Source: Vibrio cholerae ATCC 14035 (GTDB taxonomy: Bacteria; Pseudomonadota; Gammaproteobacteria; Enterobacterales; Vibrionaceae). From it: a stretch of 13,310 nt of DNA. Location: positions 1 to 13,310 of the forward strand of contig NZ_JHXR01000040.1 in the NCBI RefSeq assembly GCF_000621645.1, written 5' to 3'. Under the pieces are notes generated by a model. It was not told the origin of the DNA and ran no database searches. It saw nothing but the letters and a program-made list of their open reading frames with translations. Shown piece by piece: positions 7,688 through 13,310 of the stretch. How positions within the stretch are numbered: the stretch's first letter is position 1; every line of letters starts with the position of its first letter. Made by a program: the position numbers and the translations under genes.

Positions 7688-8756
7688 TGTTGTCACCCTC
7701 CGCGCAGGCGGCAATCTGTATCAAGGTTGGACAAAAATCAGCGTGACTCGCTCGCTTGAAGCGATGTCAGGCGCGTTTGATTTGGAGCTGACTCACAAGT
7801 GGCAAGGTTCATCCGATCGTTACCGCGCTTTCATGGAACCAATCCAACAAGGCGCGGAATGCATTGTTGAGATTGGAGGAGACCGAGTGATCACCGGTTA
7901 TGTGGATGACTGGGTTCCAAGCTATGACGATAAGCAAGTGATTATTTCTGTCTCTGGTCGAGATAAAACCTCAGACTTGATCGATTGCTCAATCGTCTAT
8001 CCTTCAGGTCAATTCGCCAATCAGGACTTGACGCAAATTGCGCGCACCGTTTGTCAGCCATTCGGTATCAAAGTCATCGTTAATACGGATGTTGGCGCGC
8101 CATTCCAGCGCATTCAAATTGAGCAAGGTGAAACGCCTTATGAGCTGCTGAGCCGCTTAGCGCGTCAGCGTGGTGTGCTACTCACCAGTGATGCGTTCGG
8201 CAACCTTGTGATCACTCGCGCAAGCAAACAGCGTGCTGGCTTCTCTTTGGTGCTTGGTCAAAACGTCAAAGCAGCGCGTGGCCGTTTTAGTTGGCGTAAC
8301 CGTTACAGCAACTTCATTGTCAAGGCATCAGGCGCAGCGTTCGGCCAGTGGGATTCCTCTCCAGCGCAAAGCGTGGGCGGCATAAAAGCCGAAGTCAAAG
8401 ACGTAGAGATTGGCCGCTATCGCCCGATGATTATCGTCAATGAAGAGATCACCACCGCCGAAGGTGCAGCGCGCCGTGGTCAATGGGAACGTCAGCGCAG
8501 CGTTGGCCGTTCTAATACAGCGGAATACACCGTGGTGGGTTGGCGAGTGCCAGAGACAGGTAAAGTATTCGATTTTAATCAAATCGTACCCGTGCGCGAT
8601 GATATTCTGGGATTGGATGAAGACATGCTGATCAACACCATCATGTTCAGTGAAGATGACGGTGGCCGCGCGGCAGTGATTGGCGTGGTTCGCCCAGATG
8701 CATTGGATATTCCACCGCAAATCGAGAAAGAAAGCTCAGTAGGAGGTTCGTGGTGA
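7680..8756 (+). CDS. Baseplate hub protein (Mu P / gp44, gpD-like)
   Basis: 358 aa. The GTG start overlaps the end of the N-like gene by 8 nt. Position and size match Mu gp44, and the N-terminus (TLRAGGNLYQGWTKISVTRSLEAMSGAFDLEL) is typical of this family. Confidence 0.85.
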   Translation: MSDVVTLRAGGNLYQGWTKISVTRSLEAMSGAFDLELTHKWQGSSDRYRAFMEPIQQGAECIVEIGGDRVITGYVDDWVPSYDDKQVIISVSGRDKTSDLIDCSIVYPSGQFANQDLTQIARTVCQPFGIKVIVNTDVGAPFQRIQIEQGETPYELLSRLARQRGVLLTSDAFGNLVITRASKQRAGFSLVLGQNVKAARGRFSWRNRYSNFIVKASGAAFGQWDSSPAQSVGGIKAEVKDVEIGRYRPMIIVNEEITTAEGAARRGQWERQRSVGRSNTAEYTVVGWRVPETGKVFDFNQIVPVRDDILGLDEDMLINTIMFSEDDGGRAAVIGVVRPDALDIPPQIEKESSVGGSW

Positions 8757-9367
8757 ACGAGTTGGCTAAACGTTATATAGATAAGATGATGATGCCGCTT
8801 CGCCGCCGCATTTATTCTATGGTAGGCCGTGCCCTAGTAACGGGAATTGTTGAGGGTTTACAGCGCCAAAACCTACAGCTTCAAATCGAGAATGACGAAG
8901 CGGTGGATGATATCGAGCGCTTCCAAAACTACGGCATGACCTCCTATCCACCCGTGGGCAGTGAAGCTGTGGTAATAGCGCTCAAAGGTAGCCTAGACCA
9001 ACGAGTGGCCGTGGCGGTAGAGAAAAAAGATTTGAGACCAAAAGGTGAGCAAAACGATGTGATCGTGTATCATGCCGAAGGTCATCAAATCCGTCTTACC
9101 TCTAGCGGCCAAATCATCGTCACAGCAACTGACGTTATTTTTGAAGCGGCTAACTCCTTCACTATTATCTCCCCAGAAACTTTGATTCAAGGCCCTTTGC
9201 ATGTGACAGGTGGAATTTCTACCGACCTTGGGATTTTTGCGACTGGTGGCATTACTTCTTCCAGCGTTGTTAGCGGTTCAGATTTAACCGCAGGCAACAT
9301 CAGCTATCTAGGTCATAAACACAGAGACGCAGAGAACAGGCTTACAGGTACACCAACACTAGGATAG
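8750..9367 (+). CDS. Baseplate central spike / assembly protein V (Mu Q / gp45 homologue)
   Basis: 205 aa. A GTG start is preceded by aggagg (8741-8746) and overlaps the upstream stop. The motifs RRRIYSMVGRALVTGI, FQNYGMTSYPPVGSEAVV and a C-terminal HKH are consistent with the gp45/gpV family. Confidence 0.85.
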   Translation: MVNELAKRYIDKMMMPLRRRIYSMVGRALVTGIVEGLQRQNLQLQIENDEAVDDIERFQNYGMTSYPPVGSEAVVIALKGSLDQRVAVAVEKKDLRPKGEQNDVIVYHAEGHQIRLTSSGQIIVTATDVIFEAANSFTIISPETLIQGPLHVTGGISTDLGIFATGGITSSSVVSGSDLTAGNISYLGHKHRDAENRLTGTPTLG

Positions 9368-9369
9368 TT

Positions 9370-9819
9370 ATGAGCAGCATCTTGCTGAACATGTTGGAAA
9401 ACACTGGAGTCATCATCGAGGGCGAAGTTCCTGAGCAATCAGTAACCGCCCTCGTTTTGATCTCGTTGTTTACTGACGCCAGAGCGGAAAGCTCAGACAC
9501 CATTCCAGATGGAACCGCAGATCAGCGCGGTTGGCCTGGTGATTCATTTTATGATGCGGCTTGGGGTTCCAAGCTTTGGCTTTTGTATCGAGAGAAGTTA
9601 ACCACCGATGTGCGCAACCGTGCTGTTAAGTACGCAGAAGACGCGCTGGCATGGATGACGAAGGACTCAGGCACTGGAAAGATTGCCAAGAGCGTGACGG
9701 TTGAGGGTTCAATCCCAAGGTTTCAAACCTTGGCCTTAACCATCACGATCACAAAGCCAGACGAAACCGAGCTGACTTTAACTGTATCCAAACGATGGGA
9801 GGCGCAAAGTGCCCTATAG
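9370..9819 (+). CDS. Baseplate protein, GP46 family (Mu V / gp46 homologue)
   Basis: 149 aa. VTALVLISLFTDARAES...DGTADQRGWPGDSF...GSKLWLLYREKLT matches the GP46 family signature. Confidence 0.85.
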   Translation: MSSILLNMLENTGVIIEGEVPEQSVTALVLISLFTDARAESSDTIPDGTADQRGWPGDSFYDAAWGSKLWLLYREKLTTDVRNRAVKYAEDALAWMTKDSGTGKIAKSVTVEGSIPRFQTLALTITITKPDETELTLTVSKRWEAQSAL

Positions 9820-10876
9820 CACTCCAACGCTACGACAACTGATTGAGACGGGTTTAATCGACATTGAAACCTCGTTAGATCAGGTGCTGCCAAAATTCGG
9901 CGTTGAGCAAGCGCTCAACGTGGCCGTCAGTGGCGCGATTCGTGACCTCTATGATTACAATAGCTGGATTGTTCGCCAAATTATTCCAACGTCAGAGAGC
10001 GACGACCAAACCATTATTGATACTGCTCGCACCGAGGGTGTGATCCGCAAACTGGCCTCTGCTTCGGCAGGGCCTGTCACTTTCACAGGCAATGCACCCA
10101 TTCCGGTTTCCACTGTGATGACGCATCAAGATGGGCGCTCATATCGAGTGACCTCATCGGCTGCGCCATCCGGTGGCTCTGTGGTGGTGCAAATCCAAGC
10201 CGAAGAGACGGGCGCGAGTTACGACTTACCAGCAGGCCAACAACTTACCCTTGCGCAAACTGTCCCAGGTGTTCAGCCTGTCGGCCTTACAGGTGATATT
10301 TCAGGCGGTGCCGATATTGAGCCTGTCTCTCAAGTGCTAGAGCGCTTGCTGTTTCGCAAGCGTAATCCGCCAATGGGTGGCGCTCCGCATGACTATGTGG
10401 CGTGGTGCCGCGAAGTCGCAGGCGTTACGCGCGCGTGGGCGGTAGATTTTTACCAAGGCCCATCAACGGTTGGTTATGCGTTCGTGTTTGATAATCGCGC
10501 TAGCATTTTGCCTACCGTGACCGATAAGCAAGCCATGCAGCAATACATCTATCGTCACTCCGATCCTGCAACCGGAACGGATGTTGGTCGTCCGGCTGGC
10601 ATTGAAGCGATTGATATTCCTCTTACGCTCAAAGTCACCAATCTAAGCATTCAGTTGACACCAGATACCGAAGAGAACCGCACCGCTGTACAAACTAACC
10701 TCGATGCTTACTGGCGAACTTTATCGCCTGGTTCAACCTTGGTGCTCAGCAAAGTGCGCACGGCCATTGGTGAAGTCGATTCAGTGAGTGACTATATTCT
10801 CGATTTGTCTGCCGACGTGCCATCGGCCGCCGAAGAGCTGCACGCGCTAGGAGTGATCACATGGGCCACTCTGTAG
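9809..10876 (+). CDS. Baseplate wedge protein, Baseplate_J family (Mu W / gp47, P2 gpJ-like)
   Basis: 355 aa. The GTG start overlaps gp46 by 11 nt. The central motif RKRNPPMGGAPHDYVAWCREVAGVTRAW is typical of Baseplate_J. Confidence 0.9.
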   Translation: MPYSTPTLRQLIETGLIDIETSLDQVLPKFGVEQALNVAVSGAIRDLYDYNSWIVRQIIPTSESDDQTIIDTARTEGVIRKLASASAGPVTFTGNAPIPVSTVMTHQDGRSYRVTSSAAPSGGSVVVQIQAEETGASYDLPAGQQLTLAQTVPGVQPVGLTGDISGGADIEPVSQVLERLLFRKRNPPMGGAPHDYVAWCREVAGVTRAWAVDFYQGPSTVGYAFVFDNRASILPTVTDKQAMQQYIYRHSDPATGTDVGRPAGIEAIDIPLTLKVTNLSIQLTPDTEENRTAVQTNLDAYWRTLSPGSTLVLSKVRTAIGEVDSVSDYILDLSADVPSAAEELHALGVITWATL

Positions 10877-11448
10877 AGCAATGGTCAAACTCAATCATGC
10901 AGCTAATGCCGCGCGGGGTGATTTGGCAGCGTGAAACGACTTTAGATCTCTATAAGTACGCCGCAGGGTATGCGCCACGCCTTGACGCCGCAGAAGTAAG
11001 TGCTGAAGGCTTACTGTTTGAAATGCGCCCAGAAACCACGCTGCAAATGCTGCCAGAGTGGGAAGGTTATTTAGCCCTTCCAGAGTGTAATGCAGGTAAG
11101 CAAACGATCGAATCACGCCGTGCGGCAGTGGTTGAGAAGTATCACCGCAAAGGTGGCTTGCAGGCATGGAACATTGAAAAGCTAGCGTCAGACCTTGGTT
11201 TTGATGTGGAAGTGCAAGAGCTATTTCCTCACCACTGCCTGCGTGGGTGTGATTACCCACTTTATGAAGATAAATATCGCCACATTCTACGCATCTACGT
11301 GAAAGGCATAACGCAGGCCTACGCAACCTGTCTAGACGACTGTTTAACCCCGTTAGTATCACAAACCGCCGCCATTCTCGAATGCACGCTGAATCGCTTC
11401 AAAATGGCTGGCAAGTATTACGAATATATTTATGAGGAGAGTATCTGA
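10861..11448 (+). CDS. Baseplate / tail protein, DUF2313 family (Mu R / gp48, P2 gpI-like)
   Basis: 195 aa. RBS aggag precedes the start, which overlaps gp47 by 16 nt. The N-terminus (QLMPRGVIWQRE) and LPEWEGYLALPE match DUF2313 motifs (LlPrG.aW ... L..WE..lgLp). Confidence 0.85.
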   Translation: MGHSVEQWSNSIMQLMPRGVIWQRETTLDLYKYAAGYAPRLDAAEVSAEGLLFEMRPETTLQMLPEWEGYLALPECNAGKQTIESRRAAVVEKYHRKGGLQAWNIEKLASDLGFDVEVQELFPHHCLRGCDYPLYEDKYRHILRIYVKGITQAYATCLDDCLTPLVSQTAAILECTLNRFKMAGKYYEYIYEESI

Positions 11449-12686
11449 TGCACAAGCTACAGAACGGCTCACAAGTTTCAGTAAGACCACAGCGCAAGCC
11501 TTTAGTCGGGTTGGGTGGCTATTTTTCAGAAAGCAATGACCAAGGCGCACCAAGTTATCCAGGACAAGATTGGTTTAACGACTGTACCGATGAGTTTATA
11601 AACGCACTGGATGAAATGGGCATCACTTACGATCAAGAGCAGCTTGATCACCTAGCTCGCGCCTTTGCTGCCGTCCGTTCCCAAGAGTGGAATGCAAATG
11701 TTAACTACGGCATCGGACAAGAAGTTGTCCGCAATAACCTGCGCTATATCGCTCGCGCTGCGTCAGGGCCGGATAATGGCGGGGCGATTACTCCAGAGAA
11801 TAACTCGGGTAGTACTTGGGACTTGGTTTTACCTCAAGCATATAGCACAACTGATACGCAAACAGATTGGTTACGGCTGGCTCTCGTTGTGGGAGACAAC
11901 AACGGCGCGGGTGACTTTTTGTCATTAGAAGTGATCGGCGGCTCTGATTTTGGGGTAAACACAAGATTTAGCGCAGATATTATGATTGCTGAACGGGCAG
12001 GTTCTGCACAGGTTATCGTTACCCCTAAAACTTTAGGATTGACTAATCCTGAGTTTTACATCAAATCACCAAGTGCTAACACTTACGAATTGTGGATGAA
12101 AAGACTAACTGATTTTTCATCACCAGTGACAGTAGTTAGAAAGTCACGCTCTCGTTATTCTGCAACGGTCGCAGGAATTCTAAGCATAACAAACACGGCT
12201 CCCACAGGCATCACATTGGTACCCTACGACACAGGCTACCAATTCGCCGCTATTCCAATCGGCATGGAAGTGGCGTTTGACACGCCGCCGCCGACCAATG
12301 ACCCGCGATTTCGCTTTGTTAAACTGACGTATAACGATGCTTACAACACAGGTTTGCTAACATCACAAACGCTTTCTGGTAGTGCACCAGAACTAGTTTC
12401 GACCGCTGTAATTTCAGCAGCGCAGAGTCCAATAAACGGGCAAACTATTTATCTTAAGAACACAATGGGGGTATATGCGGTACCTGCCGCAACGCAAGAA
12501 ATAATTGCACAAAACATACCACAGCCAGCAAGGTACAGGATAGATAGCATAAGTCCTGGAGTTAGCTTGCAAACTGGCCCAAGCATCAGCGGCTTTATCA
12601 TAAGTAGTGCATCACAGGAGGCTCAGGTCACAGGGGGGTTAAAGCCACGCAGTTTCGGCGCAGTCTTATACAAGAGGATTTACTAA
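11448..12686 (+). CDS. Tail fibre protein (Mu S / gp49 analogue): conserved N-terminal baseplate-attachment part, divergent distal part
   Basis: 412 aa. RBS gaggagag precedes the start, which overlaps the upstream stop (TGATG). The N-terminal motif GLGGYFSESNDQGAPSYPGQDWFNDCTDEFINALDEMGI resembles the conserved N-terminus of Mu/P2-type fibres. A fibre-assembly gene follows. Confidence 0.8.
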   Translation: MHKLQNGSQVSVRPQRKPLVGLGGYFSESNDQGAPSYPGQDWFNDCTDEFINALDEMGITYDQEQLDHLARAFAAVRSQEWNANVNYGIGQEVVRNNLRYIARAASGPDNGGAITPENNSGSTWDLVLPQAYSTTDTQTDWLRLALVVGDNNGAGDFLSLEVIGGSDFGVNTRFSADIMIAERAGSAQVIVTPKTLGLTNPEFYIKSPSANTYELWMKRLTDFSSPVTVVRKSRSRYSATVAGILSITNTAPTGITLVPYDTGYQFAAIPIGMEVAFDTPPPTNDPRFRFVKLTYNDAYNTGLLTSQTLSGSAPELVSTAVISAAQSPINGQTIYLKNTMGVYAVPAATQEIIAQNIPQPARYRIDSISPGVSLQTGPSISGFIISSASQEAQVTGGLKPRSFGAVLYKRIY

Positions 12687-13225
12687 TGAATAATTCAGAA
12701 ACGTCACTACTGAAGTTTTTCGCAGTTAAAGATGCATTAATGCTAGATAATGCTGAAGAGGGCGCAATCGAAATCACTGAACAGCAGTATAACGAGGCTT
12801 TAGCCGCCAAAATGGCAGGACGAAAAGCGTTTGTGCGTGATTGTGAGCTAATTATATTCTCTGGCGTTATGGTTACAGCGTGGAATAAATTAACTAGACA
12901 GCCAAAAGAGTTTGATGAGTTTGATGTAATTCCAGAAGACTACACGCTTATTGAGCCAGTGGGTGACGTTGTTTGGGGTGAGGATAAATGGGTCGAGCGT
13001 ATTAAGTCGCCTCAAGAGCTTGCACAAATCGAGCATCATTGGGCTCTTTCTGAACTTGCTAATGTTCAAATTGAGCTAATGTATCACTGGACCGATGATC
13101 AACGTGCAACATACACTTTGGATGCGTGGAAGTTATACGCAAGACAGCTCCGAGACTACACCACTACCGACGAACAAGGTACACCATCAATTCGCGGTGA
13201 ATCACGCCCTGTAAATCCGATTTAA
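12686..13225 (+). CDS. Tail fibre assembly protein / chaperone (Mu U / gp50, P2 gpG-like, Caudo_TAP)
   Basis: 179 aa. The start overlaps the fibre stop (TAATG). The C-terminal pattern (ELANVQIELMYHWTDDQRATYTLDAWKLYARQLRDY) fits the conserved Caudo_TAP C-terminus (...Wk.Yr..L..v). Confidence 0.8.
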   Translation: MNNSETSLLKFFAVKDALMLDNAEEGAIEITEQQYNEALAAKMAGRKAFVRDCELIIFSGVMVTAWNKLTRQPKEFDEFDVIPEDYTLIEPVGDVVWGEDKWVERIKSPQELAQIEHHWALSELANVQIELMYHWTDDQRATYTLDAWKLYARQLRDYTTTDEQGTPSIRGESRPVNPI

Positions 13226-13244
13226 ATTTTGTTTAACCCTAATG

Positions 13245-13275
13245 AAATGAGCACTATGGTTAGTGCTCATTTTTA
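13245..13275 (+). terminator. Rho-independent terminator of the late tail operon
   Basis: A perfect 10-bp stem, atgagcacta (13247-13256) with tagtgctcat (13261-13270), can be extended by two A-T pairs. The loop is tggt. It is followed by a T-run (13270-13274) and lies 20 nt after the last stop codon. Confidence 0.7.
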
Positions 13276-13310
13276 TAGTCTCGATTGCTCATTTCTCGCG
13301 GCTCGCTACA
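13264..13310 (+). repeat. Two tandem 22-bp imperfect direct repeats plus a terminal ACA; candidate Mu-type right-end (attR) transposase-binding sites
   Basis: 13264-13285 (tgctcatttttatagtctcgat) and 13286-13307 (tgctcatttctcgcggctcgct) are identical at 16 of 22 positions, including the first 9 nt. The window ends ...CA-3'. Confidence 0.5.

Noticed and set aside
11555-11581. The sequence ttatccaggacaagattggtttaacga inside the fibre gene loosely resembles a Gin/Hin-family crossover site (TTATC..AAACC ... GGTTT half-sites).
   Set aside because: It has no dyad symmetry and the wrong half-site spacing. There is no inverted partner copy anywhere downstream in the window, and no invertase gene.
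12908-12925. A tandem 9-bp duplication, gagtttgat gagtttgat, encoding EFDEFD in the fibre assembly gene.
   Set aside because: It is too short to be more than a slippage duplication. It is in-frame and has no evident regulatory role.

Overview
The window is one uninterrupted, plus-strand late operon from a Mu-family transposable myovirus or prophage. It is colinear with phage Mu gp35 through gp50. In order, it encodes: the 3' part of a FluMu HI1506-like head-region protein, a DUF1320/gp36 protein, a virion-morphogenesis protein, a DUF1834-like protein, a small DUF2635-like protein, tail sheath, tail tube, a tail assembly chaperone with a probable frameshift extension, tape measure, the DNA-circularization protein (Mu N), baseplate proteins (Mu gp44 to gp48 homologues), tail fibre and tail-fibre assembly protein. 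A rho-independent terminator follows the last gene. Genes are tightly packed, mostly with overlapping stop/start codons. I saw no tRNA, rRNA, CRISPR array, IS element or inserted accessory (moron or defence) gene. All minus-strand ORFs look like antisense artefacts. Family calls are by recalled motifs and synteny, since no searches could be run. Four points deserve a second look. (1) The only real intergenic gap (4480-4604) is explained by a probable -2 or +1 programmed frameshift on a G5 run, as described for Mu. (2) The last 47 nt are two tandem 22-bp repeats ending in ...CA-3', which fits a Mu-type right end with transposase-binding sites, so the window probably stops exactly at the phage end. 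(3) The distal tail fibre and its assembly gene form an AT-richer, rare-codon cassette, suggesting a swapped host-range module. (4) There is no Gin-type invertible segment, com/mom or invertase gene between the fibre genes and the putative end. I do not see a novel multi-gene system here. This is a canonical tail-morphogenesis module with a few notable details.
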